Shown here in pieces: positions 25,673-34,453 of a stretch of 64,000 nt of DNA. The DNA is taken from positions 2,944,001-3,008,000 of the forward strand of contig OZ251992.1 of NCBI GenBank assembly GCA_965246885.1. The letters are read 5' to 3'. The number at the start of each line of letters is the position of its first letter. Position 1 is the stretch's first letter. This DNA is from Abditibacterium sp. (GTDB taxonomy: Bacteria; Armatimonadota; Abditibacteriia; Abditibacteriales; Abditibacteriaceae). The position numbers were made by a program, and so were the translations under genes. Below the pieces are notes generated by a model. The model searched no databases, was not told the DNA's origin, and saw only the letters and a program-made list of their open reading frames with translations.

Positions 25673-26548
25673 ATGCCCAACGACAACCCAACTCTGATTA
25701 CCGTCGCGCACTCGCCCGACTCCGACGACGCTTTCATGCACTACGGCCTGTCCGCGCACAAAGTAGACGCCGGGGAACTTGAGTTCCGCCACGTCCTGCG
25801 CGACATCGAATCGCTCAACCGCGCGGCGTCCGATGGCGAATATGAAGTCACCGCGCTTTCCATCCACGCTTACGCGCGCCTGACGGACAAATACGCCCTC
25901 CTCAATCACGGCGGCTCGATGGGCGAAGCGGGCGCCAAAGGATATGGGCCGCGCCTCGTCACGCACGACGCTCGCTACGCTACCGCGCCCGACGAAGCAA
26001 AGAAACTGCGCATCGCCGTCCCCGGCTTTCTCACCAGCGCTTACCTCGTCCTGAAATTGTGGGCGCCCGACTGCGAGGCGGTCGAGGTGCCCTTCGACCA
26101 AATCCTGCCCCTCGTGCAAAACGGCGAGTTCGCAGCGGGCGTCCTGATTCACGAGGGCCAACTCACCTACGGCGATGCCGGAACGCACTTGTGCATGGAT
26201 TTCGGGCAGTGGTGGGGCGAGCAGACCGGCGGCCTGCCGCTTCCCTTGGGCGGCAACGCTATCCGTCGCGACCTCGCGCCCGAACTGCAAGCGCGCGTGT
26301 CCGGCTTGTTGCGCGATAGCATCGCTTATTCGCTCGCGCACCGCGCCGAAGCGCTCGATTTCGCCATGCAATACGCGCGTGGCCTTGAAACAGACCGCGA
26401 CCGCGCCGATGAGTTCGTCGGGATGTACGTCAACGCGCGCACCCTCGACTACGGCGAGGAAGGGCGCCGCTCCATCCGCTTGTTCCTCGAACGCGGCTGG
26501 GAAGCGGGGATACTCCGGGACAAACCGGATGTCGAGTTCGTCAATTGA
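25673..26548 (+). CDS. mqnD: 1,4-dihydroxy-6-naphthoate synthase (futalosine pathway)
   Basis: AHSPDSDDAFM, DIESLN, LIHEGQLTY, LPLPLGGN, MYVN. Confidence 0.9.
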   Translation: MPNDNPTLITVAHSPDSDDAFMHYGLSAHKVDAGELEFRHVLRDIESLNRAASDGEYEVTALSIHAYARLTDKYALLNHGGSMGEAGAKGYGPRLVTHDARYATAPDEAKKLRIAVPGFLTSAYLVLKLWAPDCEAVEVPFDQILPLVQNGEFAAGVLIHEGQLTYGDAGTHLCMDFGQWWGEQTGGLPLPLGGNAIRRDLAPELQARVSGLLRDSIAYSLAHRAEALDFAMQYARGLETDRDRADEFVGMYVNARTLDYGEEGRRSIRLFLERGWEAGILRDKPDVEFVN

Positions 26549-26593
26549 GTCGCCACGACAGTCCGGCCCGAAATCGGCTACAAAAGCACTCCT

Positions 26594-27283
26594 ATGAGCA
26601 GAATCGGACTTTTGTTGTCGGGGTGCGGCGTGCAGGACGGATCGGAAATCTCTGAGGCCGTCCTGACGGTGTTGGCATTGGAGCGCGCGGGCGCGGACAT
26701 TCTGGCTATGGCGCCCGACGTCGAGCAAGCGCAAGTGTGGAACCACTACACCGGTCAGGAAGCGCGTAACGATGGACGGGACGTCTTGGCTGAAAGCGCG
26801 CGCCTCGTGCGCGGTAAAATCGTCTCCATTAATACCGTCGGCGCCGCCGATATAGACGCCCTCATCCTCGTGGGCGGCTACGGCGCCGTCAAGAACCTCT
26901 GCACTTATACCCTTAACGGCACCGGCGCAACGGTCAACCCGGAAGTCGAGCGGCTCATCTCCCAGTTGCACGGCTTGGGTAAACCCATCGGCGCCATGTG
27001 CATCGCGCCCGTTGTCGTTGCGCTCGTGTTAGAACCGCAAAAACGGGCCACGCCCCTCGCCATGACCATTGGGAGCGACGCGAACACGGCCCGCGATTTG
27101 GGCATCCTGAACGTCAAACACATGGAAGCGCGCGCCGACCAAATCTGCATAGACGACGCCAACAACCTCGTTACCACGCCCGCATGGATGAGCGCCGCGT
27201 CCGTCGCCGACTGCGAAGTGGGCATCACCAAACTCGTCAACGAAGTGGTGGAGCGCGTGCAGAAGTTGAACCGGCTGGTTTGA
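26594..27283 (+). CDS. elbB: ElbB/ES1 family glyoxalase
   Basis: LSGCGVQDGSEI, ESARLVRG, GGYGAVKNL, GAMCIAP, VTTPAWM. Confidence 0.92.
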   Translation: MSRIGLLLSGCGVQDGSEISEAVLTVLALERAGADILAMAPDVEQAQVWNHYTGQEARNDGRDVLAESARLVRGKIVSINTVGAADIDALILVGGYGAVKNLCTYTLNGTGATVNPEVERLISQLHGLGKPIGAMCIAPVVVALVLEPQKRATPLAMTIGSDANTARDLGILNVKHMEARADQICIDDANNLVTTPAWMSAASVADCEVGITKLVNEVVERVQKLNRLV

Positions 27284-27318
27284 AGAGAGGCGAACAAGCA
27301 AGCCCGCCCGCGTGCCTG

Positions 27319-28110
27319 CTACCGGAGCGTTCTCAGATCAGCAGTCGCTTTCTCAAAGGATTGCCTGGCGGCTTGTGCCCGCTGCAAAAAGGGGCCAAGG
27401 TTGCGCAGGTCGCCCGTCGTGTTCATCTTGTCCAGAAACAGAACGGTGTTTTGGGACTCAACGAAAGCAGCGCGCAAATCACCATGAAAGCGCCGCAATC
27501 GCGGCGGGGGTTGCATGCGCGCGAAGCGGGACACGATGCCCCGATTCTGCGTTAGAAAAGCCGAGGTAAGTGTTCGCCCTGCCATCAAATGCGTGCGGAT
27601 GTCGCCATTGGAGCCTTGGCTTTGTTGATTAACCTCCCGTAGCTTAAGCCCAAGGTTCAGCAAGTTCCCAACGCCCTCTTGGAGCAAGGGATACACCTCC
27701 TCCAGATAGCTCCGCTCCGCGTCATTGGCGCCAAGTGGCAACGCTCCGTTGGAAGAAGGAGCCACTGCTGCTGCCTTGGACGCTGTGCCGTCGGTGGGGT
27801 CGGCGATGTAACCCGCTTCTTCGGCATCAGCGACGTTGGCGAAGCCAATGACCCGGCTGGCGGGCTGACGCATCATGTTCGGCGACGAGGGGATGTGGTA
27901 ATACGTATCGAGGTCGGTCGAGACGAACTTCCACACGCCGCCTGCTATCTTGTAGCGGTCGTCGGGCAGATAATGCGCGAGGTAGTTCGCAGGCGGGCGC
28001 ACTTTGAGGCGGGCCGCTTCAATGGCGGACGGGCCAAGGCCATGCGGGTTGGCGGAGGCGCTTCCGGCGCCAAAGGCAACGAGGGCGAGCAAAGGCAGAA
28101 TGGGTTTCAT
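27319..28110 (-). CDS. Secreted hypothetical protein with Cys-less Ada-like domain (paralog 2)
   Basis: Signal peptide; YLPDDRYK..WKFVST..YYH..RVIGF..DAEEAGY. Confidence 0.75.
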   Translation of the reverse strand: MKPILPLLALVAFGAGSASANPHGLGPSAIEAARLKVRPPANYLAHYLPDDRYKIAGGVWKFVSTDLDTYYHIPSSPNMMRQPASRVIGFANVADAEEAGYIADPTDGTASKAAAVAPSSNGALPLGANDAERSYLEEVYPLLQEGVGNLLNLGLKLREVNQQSQGSNGDIRTHLMAGRTLTSAFLTQNRGIVSRFARMQPPPRLRRFHGDLRAAFVESQNTVLFLDKMNTTGDLRNLGPFLQRAQAARQSFEKATADLRTLR

Positions 28111-28119
28111 GGCTGACTC

Positions 28120-29289
28120 TTAGTTGTTGCCGGGCACATTCGCCAGTTTCCCGGCGCGGTTCCCGAACGCGTTGAAGTCGTCGGTGCGTTTGTCGGCGGT
28201 GCCGCTTGTGTCGGGCGCCGTCGAAGTTTGGGGGCCGCCGCCAGCAGTTGGCCCGTTGGATGTCATGCCCGGCATCCCCATTTGCCCACCCATCGGGCCA
28301 CCCGGCCCCGTTTTGACAACGGTTGTCACCCGGATGGGGCCTTGCGAGTTAAAGGTTGTCGGGATGATCGAAGTGTCGCCGGTCACGCTCGCTTCCAGCA
28401 CTTTGGCGACCGTCGGGCCAATGTAAGCCCGTGCCCGCGTGCGGTAAAGCGTCCGATAAACGGAGTAAGCGTAGTTCGTCGTGCCCGCGAGCGATTCGGG
28501 TGAAATCTGGCCCGCATACACGTACTCGACGTAGGTGTAAAGCTCCGGCCCGCGATACAAGCGCGCCAGTTGCGCGATCTGCGCTCCCGGTGCGGGCTTG
28601 GAAATCGGGTCGGGGCGATACCCCGCGAGGAGGGCGTCCTGATACGTGTAAAAGCCGATGACCCGATTGGGGTTGAAGCGCCGCCCAGCGAGGGCTTGGG
28701 GCGTGAAGTAGAAGCGGGTGTCTTCGGTCGAGACATACTTCCACATCGTGTTCAGCTTGTAGCGGTCTTGCGGCAGATAAGCCGCTTTGTAACCGACACC
28801 AGCGATGTGGTACTTCGCGTTGATGGCCCGCGAGCGGGAGCGCCTGCCTTGGCGCGCGACGCGCGCTGAGTATAAGGCTTGCCCGCGCGCCGACCGGCGG
28901 CGCCGTCCGACCGTTGGCAAGGAACGCCCGCGCGCGCCCATCAGTTCGCCGACGAACTCCTCGCCCGTCGTGCCAAAGCTCTGCGGCGCGAAGGGCGCCG
29001 ACCGGGGGGCCGGAGCCGCCGCTTGCCCTCCTCTGGACAATGCGCCTCCTCCTGCGCCCGTCGTTTGCGATGGGTCGCCCATATCATCTATGGGGCCATT
29101 CGAGCCGCCCTTGACGCCGCGCGTGATGCGCCCCGACGACAAGCTGCCCGCGCCAATGGCGCCCATCGTCGCGCCCATCGCGCCCGCCGCGCCCAACCCC
29201 GCCATCGTTTCTTGCGCCCGCGCGCCCACCATCGGAGCGCACACAAGCGCCGCGCCCAGCCAAAATCGAAGCTGTAAATTGGTTTTCAT
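28120..29289 (-). CDS. Secreted hypothetical protein with Cys-less Ada-like domain (paralog 1)
   Basis: Signal peptide; YLPQDRYK..WKYVST..FYF..RVIGF..DALLAGYRPDP. Confidence 0.75.
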   Translation of the reverse strand: MKTNLQLRFWLGAALVCAPMVGARAQETMAGLGAAGAMGATMGAIGAGSLSSGRITRGVKGGSNGPIDDMGDPSQTTGAGGGALSRGGQAAAPAPRSAPFAPQSFGTTGEEFVGELMGARGRSLPTVGRRRRSARGQALYSARVARQGRRSRSRAINAKYHIAGVGYKAAYLPQDRYKLNTMWKYVSTEDTRFYFTPQALAGRRFNPNRVIGFYTYQDALLAGYRPDPISKPAPGAQIAQLARLYRGPELYTYVEYVYAGQISPESLAGTTNYAYSVYRTLYRTRARAYIGPTVAKVLEASVTGDTSIIPTTFNSQGPIRVTTVVKTGPGGPMGGQMGMPGMTSNGPTAGGGPQTSTAPDTSGTADKRTDDFNAFGNRAGKLANVPGNN

Positions 29290-29358
29290 GCCGTTAGAAC
29301 TCCCTCCAATCTTATCACTTTGCGGCGGAATTTGGGAGGGGCAGTGCCGCGTTGCCTC

Positions 29359-31200
29359 TTACCCCTCCCCGCCCCCATCCATCCCGCCGCCGCCGTTCAG
29401 CAGACCTCCGAGCATTTGTGTCAAATCTCCTGCCGCGCCTGCGCCGATGTCCTGCGCGCCGTGCGCCCCCTCGATCCAACGGGTATAAAGCGCCTCGATG
29501 GATGCTCGCTTGTCCGGCGCGCGCTCCTCCATGAGGCCGCGCAGCGTCTTGGGGCCAGCGAGATGGTCATTGTAGCGCGCGTAATAGTCCCGCAACGCGC
29601 CAAAAAACGCCGCGTCTCCCACGAGCGCGCGCAGGTGGTCGTAGAACAGCGCCGCTTTGCCATACACAACGGCGCCGTATTGCAAGTTGCCCGTATACGC
29701 GTCGGTCGGCAGGTTCGCGGGAGCGTCGCCCCCGCCCAGCGCCGCGCCCATCGAATACGCGGTCTTGAGGTGCACATCCCGCATCTGCTCAGCGCGCTCC
29801 CGCCCGTATCTATCCTCGAAATACAGCATGGAACTCCAGTTCGTGAGCGACTCGTCCACCCAAGGGTCGCGCTGCGAATCGCTACCGACTCCGATGGCCC
29901 ACCACTGGTGCGCGACCTCGTGGGCGATTGTCTCCTCGAACAGCGAATCGAGCGCGGCCTTTTGACTCCCGATGAGACCCCCAATCAGGTCGCTCGCGCC
30001 GCCCGTTTCCTTGGATATCGTCGCCGCGCCTGCTCCTGCCGCGTCGGGGTCAAGTTGCGCCAGCAACCCTTCCGCGCCGGGCAAGTTCAGGCTCGTAATC
30101 ATGGCCCCCAACTGCTGGCTCATCGGCTCATACACGCTCGACGCGATGCCCACCATGCGCGAATACTCCATGCCGCCCGCGCCACCCTTCATCGGCGCCT
30201 CGACCAGCTTGAACTCGCCAAAGGGATACGCGCCGAACCGCTTGGAATAGATTTGCAGCGCGCTTGCCGCGATGTCGGTCGCTTCGGCCAAGCGCGCCGC
30301 GTGTTCTTTGAGGCCAAACGCCGTCACGGTGACGGGACGCTCGCCAATTTGGATGGTCTTCGAGTGCGCCACGAACTCGCGCGAGGCCAACAGCGCGCAG
30401 TCGCGCACATCGTCCGCCGCGATCTCCACATGGGTGCCCGTGCGCGTGACGGTTCCCGGCCCGACCACCGTCCAGTCGGCGGGCGCGTCCAGCGCGACAT
30501 GGTAGTCGCTCTTCTGGGCGTAGGCGACATCGCCCAAGCCGGACGGCGGCGCGTCCACCCATTTGCCGTTCCGCCTAACCGCGAGCGTGGGACTCCAAAA
30601 CGACCCCAGACTTACTATCTGCGGCGTCGCGGTATACAAACCGTAATCGGTATTCTTCGGCTTTTCTGCGGGGGTCTTCCCCCCGCCGCCCATGCCCAAT
30701 AAGCCGGACACGTCGGTGCCCATCAACCCCGCCATGCCCGACTCCGCTTGCGAGCGCGGCACCAAACCGTGATAGCGCACCTGCACCTGCACCGTTTGGC
30801 TTTGCGGCGCGGAGAACTTCACCTTCAAGACCGGGCCAACAAGCGTCCAATCGGCGTGCTGACCGTTTACTGTTACGGCGTCCACCACCAGATTGCGCTG
30901 CGTTTTGCTGGCACCGCCCACGCCGTCCGCGTTCGCGTAAAGGAAAAACGAGGCATCGGACAACGGGTCGCGCGCATCGGCGGGCACGTTTATGGTCGCG
31001 GTCGCCGACAGCGTCAGCAGTTCCCAGTCCATATGAAGCGCGAGGTCGTAGCGGGGCCGCTCGCTTGGGGCAACCGCAACTGGAGCGGGAGCGGCATGAG
31101 CACGCAGAAACGGCGCGGCCAGCCCCGCCGCGATGCAGGGTACAAAACAAAGCGAGAACAGCCGGACGCGGCGGCGCTTTTGCGGGGAAAGTGAAATCAT
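29359..31200 (-). CDS. Secreted M1 family zinc aminopeptidase
   Basis: GGMEY, HEVAH-X18-E, VYGKAA; start uncertain, ATG 31200 gives a good signal peptide. Confidence 0.88.
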   Translation of the reverse strand: MISLSPQKRRRVRLFSLCFVPCIAAGLAAPFLRAHAAPAPVAVAPSERPRYDLALHMDWELLTLSATATINVPADARDPLSDASFFLYANADGVGGASKTQRNLVVDAVTVNGQHADWTLVGPVLKVKFSAPQSQTVQVQVRYHGLVPRSQAESGMAGLMGTDVSGLLGMGGGGKTPAEKPKNTDYGLYTATPQIVSLGSFWSPTLAVRRNGKWVDAPPSGLGDVAYAQKSDYHVALDAPADWTVVGPGTVTRTGTHVEIAADDVRDCALLASREFVAHSKTIQIGERPVTVTAFGLKEHAARLAEATDIAASALQIYSKRFGAYPFGEFKLVEAPMKGGAGGMEYSRMVGIASSVYEPMSQQLGAMITSLNLPGAEGLLAQLDPDAAGAGAATISKETGGASDLIGGLIGSQKAALDSLFEETIAHEVAHQWWAIGVGSDSQRDPWVDESLTNWSSMLYFEDRYGRERAEQMRDVHLKTAYSMGAALGGGDAPANLPTDAYTGNLQYGAVVYGKAALFYDHLRALVGDAAFFGALRDYYARYNDHLAGPKTLRGLMEERAPDKRASIEALYTRWIEGAHGAQDIGAGAAGDLTQMLGGLLNGGGGMDGGGEG

Positions 31201-32359
31201 GTTGGAAGCTCTTTTGTTCGACTTGGACGGGACACTTATCAAGACCAATAACCAGCACGCGCGGGCGTTCGAGCGCGCTTTTGCCGACTTCGGGTATGCC
31301 ATCCCCGCCGAACGCATTGAAATCGAGATTGGCAAGGGCGCCGACCAACTCATCCCGGCCCTGCTGGGCGCCCAAGCGGAAGCCAAGGATGGAGACGCGC
31401 TCCGCAAAGCGTGGGAGCGTCATTTCTTGGACATCATCGGCAAAGAAAAGGTCGCGGTCTGCGCAGGCGCGCTTGAACTGTTGGCCGCATGCCGGGAGGA
31501 CGGGTTGCGCCTCGCCCTCGCCACGTCGGGCGCGGAATCCGTCTTGGAAGCGTTGGAAGACGCGAGCGGTGTCGCGTGGCGCCGCGAGTTCGAGGTCGTT
31601 ACCACCTCGAAGGATGCGCCCGCCTCCAAGCCCGCGCCGCATATCCTGTTGGCGGCGTTGCAAAAGCTGGGCATATCGGGCGCCGTGTGCGCGATGGTGG
31701 GCGACACGCCTTACGACGCCCTCGCTTCGCGCGGCGCGGGGGTGGCCTGCCTCGGCGTCGAAACGGGCGGACACGCGCCCGACGACCTGCGCGAAGCCGG
31801 ATGCCGCGCCGTCTACGCCGACACCGCCGCCCTGCTCGCCGACTTGGGCGGCGCCCTGCGCGTCGCGTCGCCGCTCGACTTTGAGCTATCCAGCGCCCGC
31901 ATGGAAGACATGATGCGCGAAGCCCTCGTGCAATCCCGCGCCGCGTTGAAAGCGGGCGAACTGCCTTTGGGCGCCGTTGTATTGAATGGGCGCGGCGACT
32001 TCCTCGCGCTTGCGCGCGACGGGCGCGCTGCGACGGGCAACCCCCTCGAACGCGCCGAACTGCGCGCCTTGCGCGAAGCTGGGAGCGCCGCTCGGATACT
32101 CGTGTGCCCCTTGGAACCCGATGTGCTCGTCGCGGGCGCGCTACTGGCTCTCGGCGTGGACTGCGCCCTGTTCTCGCTCGAATCGCCCCTTGACGGCGCG
32201 ACGCACCGCGTGAGCGCGCCGCGCGCCCCCGGCCAAGGGTTCCCGCGCTTTGTGGGCGGCACGCTTCCCGACGAGGCGCGCGCCTTGTGGGAAGAGTATC
32301 TGCACGCCCACCCCGGCGACACTTACGCCCAAAGCGTCGTCGCGCACGCGAAAAAGTAG
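31199..32359 (+). CDS. HAD-family hydrolase fused to a degenerate TadA-like deaminase domain
   Basis: FDLDGTL, SKPAP, VGDTPYD; then MREAL..GELPLGAVV..NPLERAELRAL..LEPDVLV. Confidence 0.85.
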   Translation: MLEALLFDLDGTLIKTNNQHARAFERAFADFGYAIPAERIEIEIGKGADQLIPALLGAQAEAKDGDALRKAWERHFLDIIGKEKVAVCAGALELLAACREDGLRLALATSGAESVLEALEDASGVAWRREFEVVTTSKDAPASKPAPHILLAALQKLGISGAVCAMVGDTPYDALASRGAGVACLGVETGGHAPDDLREAGCRAVYADTAALLADLGGALRVASPLDFELSSARMEDMMREALVQSRAALKAGELPLGAVVLNGRGDFLALARDGRAATGNPLERAELRALREAGSAARILVCPLEPDVLVAGALLALGVDCALFSLESPLDGATHRVSAPRAPGQGFPRFVGGTLPDEARALWEEYLHAHPGDTYAQSVVAHAKK

Positions 32360-32374
32360 GGCGGCGAACCATTC

Positions 32375-32480
32375 CCGCATGCGCGCCGACGACTCGCGCG
32401 CATGCGCCGACCATTGAATTAGGGGCGCCGATGGCCGAATCAGGGGCGCTGATGGCCGAATTAGGGGCACCAACCGTCGG
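32375..32480. repeat. 21-bp-period tandem array D
   Basis: gcgccga-like anchor at 32383, 32404, 32425, 32446 and 32467; between convergent genes. Confidence 0.8.
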
Positions 32481-32493
32481 CCCGAACCTGCCA

Positions 32494-33348
32494 TTATGCC
32501 GCGCGCCACGTTCGGAGCAGGCGCGGCGTCGGCAGCGACTCGCCGCGCTCCAACCGTTTGCGTAGCTCGCGCGGCGGGTGGCCGTAGGCGTCCTTGAAGG
32601 CGCGCGAGAAGTGAAAAGGCGACGCGAAGCCGGTTAGGTGCGCGATGTCGCCGACCGAGAAATTGGTGCGCGCGAGCAGGAGCGCGGCGCGGTCGAGGCG
32701 GGCCAAACGCACCACTTCCAAGGGTGAACGGCCCGTCGCGGTTTTGAACAAGCGGCACAGATGTTCGGGCGACACGAACGCCGCGCGCGCGAGAGCATCG
32801 AGCGAAATCGGAGAGGCCGCATCCTGTTCCAAACGCGCCCACAGCCAACCGAGTGCGCGCTCGACCGGTTCGGGCGCCACCAAGGGCGGCACGTCGCCCA
32901 AACTGCTTTGCCCCGACACGAACGCCACGAGGAGCAGACTCGCCGCCAAATCGCGCTGAAAGGCGTCGCCCGTTTCGCTCCACGTCAGCAGATGCCGCAC
33001 AAGCGGAGCGAACAGGTCGTCGTCCCCCATCGGGCGCACGCGCGGCCACGCGCTCGCACCCCAGTCGCCCGCAGGAAGCGCGAAGTGAAAGAAGCCGTGC
33101 CGCGTGCGGGCGTGCGCATCCCACTCGAACCAGTCGCGCTCGTCGGGGCGACACAAGAGCAGTTGCCCGACGCCAAGCGCAATTTCGCCGCGCTCCGACT
33201 TGGTTTGAAAGCGGTAGAGCGCGCGTCCTTCGAGGAGCCACACGAACTCCCACGACGCCGCTTCGCGCGGGCCAAAGGTCGCGCCGGGCGGATAGGTCGC
33301 CACGTTCGCGCCGTCCTCGACGTGAACGCGGAGCGGGAAGTCACTCAT
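32494..33348 (-). CDS. AraC family transcriptional regulator
   Basis: N-terminal cupin; LARAAFVSPEHLCRLFK; GFASPFHFSRAFK; SD GAGGAGG. Confidence 0.93.
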   Translation of the reverse strand: MSDFPLRVHVEDGANVATYPPGATFGPREAASWEFVWLLEGRALYRFQTKSERGEIALGVGQLLLCRPDERDWFEWDAHARTRHGFFHFALPAGDWGASAWPRVRPMGDDDLFAPLVRHLLTWSETGDAFQRDLAASLLLVAFVSGQSSLGDVPPLVAPEPVERALGWLWARLEQDAASPISLDALARAAFVSPEHLCRLFKTATGRSPLEVVRLARLDRAALLLARTNFSVGDIAHLTGFASPFHFSRAFKDAYGHPPRELRKRLERGESLPTPRLLRTWRAA

Positions 33349-34048
33349 CGTCCTCCTCATCAGTGGCGGCGGGCGCAGGCGGCGACACGACGATGCAGAA
33401 TTCGCCTTTCACCTCACTGCGCGCCGCGAAGTTCGCCGCGACTTCAACGGCTGAGCCGCGCACGGTTTCCTCGAATTGCTTCGTGAGTTCGCGGCACACC
33501 ACGACGCGCGCTTCGGGCGCGACTTCCGCCAAGAAGCGCAGCGTTTTGGCGGCGCGAAACGGCGACTCGTAAAACGCGAAGGTTTCGCCGCGCGCGCAAT
33601 ACGAGTCGAGGAGCTTGCGGATTTTCCCCGGCTTGCGCGGCAAAAAGCCGACGAAGGAGAAGCGCTGGGCATCGAAGCCCGATACGGAAATGGCCGCGAC
33701 GAGCGCGCACGGGCCGGGAACCGGGCGCACCTCAACGCCCGCGAGAGTCGCCGCGCGCACCAAGGCGGGGCCGGGGTCGGACACTCCCGGCGTTCCGGCG
33801 TCGGTCACGAGCGCCATCTCCTCGCCCTCAAGCATGCGCCGCGTGAGGATGTCTATCTTGGCGAGGGAGGTGTGCTCGTGGAGCGATTCGAGGCGCGTCG
33901 AGATGTCGAAGCGGTGGAACAGCTTGAGGGTGTGGCGCGTGTCCTCGGCGCACACGACGGCGACGCGGCGCAGCGTGTCAAGCAGGCGCGGCGAAGCGTC
34001 GTCGAGGTTTCCAAGGGGTGTGGCGCACACCCACAGCGTTCCGGGCAT
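33341..34048 (-). CDS. rsmI: 16S rRNA C1402 2'-O-methyltransferase
   Basis: ATPLGNLDD, AEDTRHT, DAGTPGVSDPG, YESPFR, RELTKQFE. Confidence 0.96.
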   Translation of the reverse strand: MPGTLWVCATPLGNLDDASPRLLDTLRRVAVVCAEDTRHTLKLFHRFDISTRLESLHEHTSLAKIDILTRRMLEGEEMALVTDAGTPGVSDPGPALVRAATLAGVEVRPVPGPCALVAAISVSGFDAQRFSFVGFLPRKPGKIRKLLDSYCARGETFAFYESPFRAAKTLRFLAEVAPEARVVVCRELTKQFEETVRGSAVEVAANFAARSEVKGEFCIVVSPPAPAATDEEDDE

Positions 34049-34068
34049 GGGAACAGTTTGATGTGTGG

Positions 34069-34164
34069 AGCGACTGAAGTCGCAGCCAACAGGAGCGTCG
34101 GCCTTCGCCGACGGCAACACGTCAACAATGGTTGAAGATCTCGCTGGCTGCGACTTCAGTCGCT
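34069..34164. mobile_element. REPIN/MITE-like element, copy 1 (perfect 20-bp terminal inverted repeats)
   Basis: AGCGACTGAAGTCGCAGCCA (34069-34088) pairs with 34145-34164; homologous inverted copy at 48685-48789. Confidence 0.75.
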
Positions 34165-34176
34165 TGCAAATACAAC

Positions 34177-34214
34177 AACAAACCGCGCCATCCTTGGGGG
34201 TGGCGCGGTTTGTT
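34177..34214 (-). terminator. Intrinsic terminator after the small basic ORF
   Basis: 14-bp perfect stem aacaaaccgcgcca/tggcgcggtttgtt with a U-rich tail on the minus strand. Confidence 0.8.
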
Positions 34215-34259
34215 AGATTAAGCCCGGAGCGATAAGGGCCGCATGGCGGCGCGGTGCGT

Positions 34260-34358
34260 TTAGCGACCGCGACGGCGAAGCGCGCGGGACGCCTTGCGGC
34301 GTTTTTTCGCCCAGTGGGTCTTGACTTTGCGCCGATGTTTTTTCTTGTCTGAACTCAT
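34260..34358 (-). CDS. 32-aa basic protein, bS22 / AURKAIP1-COX24-like ribosomal protein candidate (not in the ORF track)
   Basis: MSSDKKKHRRKVKTHWAKKRRKASRALRRRGR; GAGGA RBS, own promoter and terminator. Confidence 0.8.
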   Translation of the reverse strand: MSSDKKKHRRKVKTHWAKKRRKASRALRRRGR

Positions 34359-34422
34359 AATCCTCGAATAATGTCCGCTTGCGCGGGAATCTGGCAACTC
34401 GCACTCGCTGTAGGGCCTTCAC

Positions 34423-34451
34423 ATTATAAAGCAATGGGCGCGGCGCGGCAA
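34423..34451 (-). promoter_or_regulatory. sigma70 promoter TTGCCG-17-TATAAT
   Basis: Perfect -10 at 34428-34423, -35 at 34451-34446. Confidence 0.75.
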
Positions 34452-34453
34452 CC

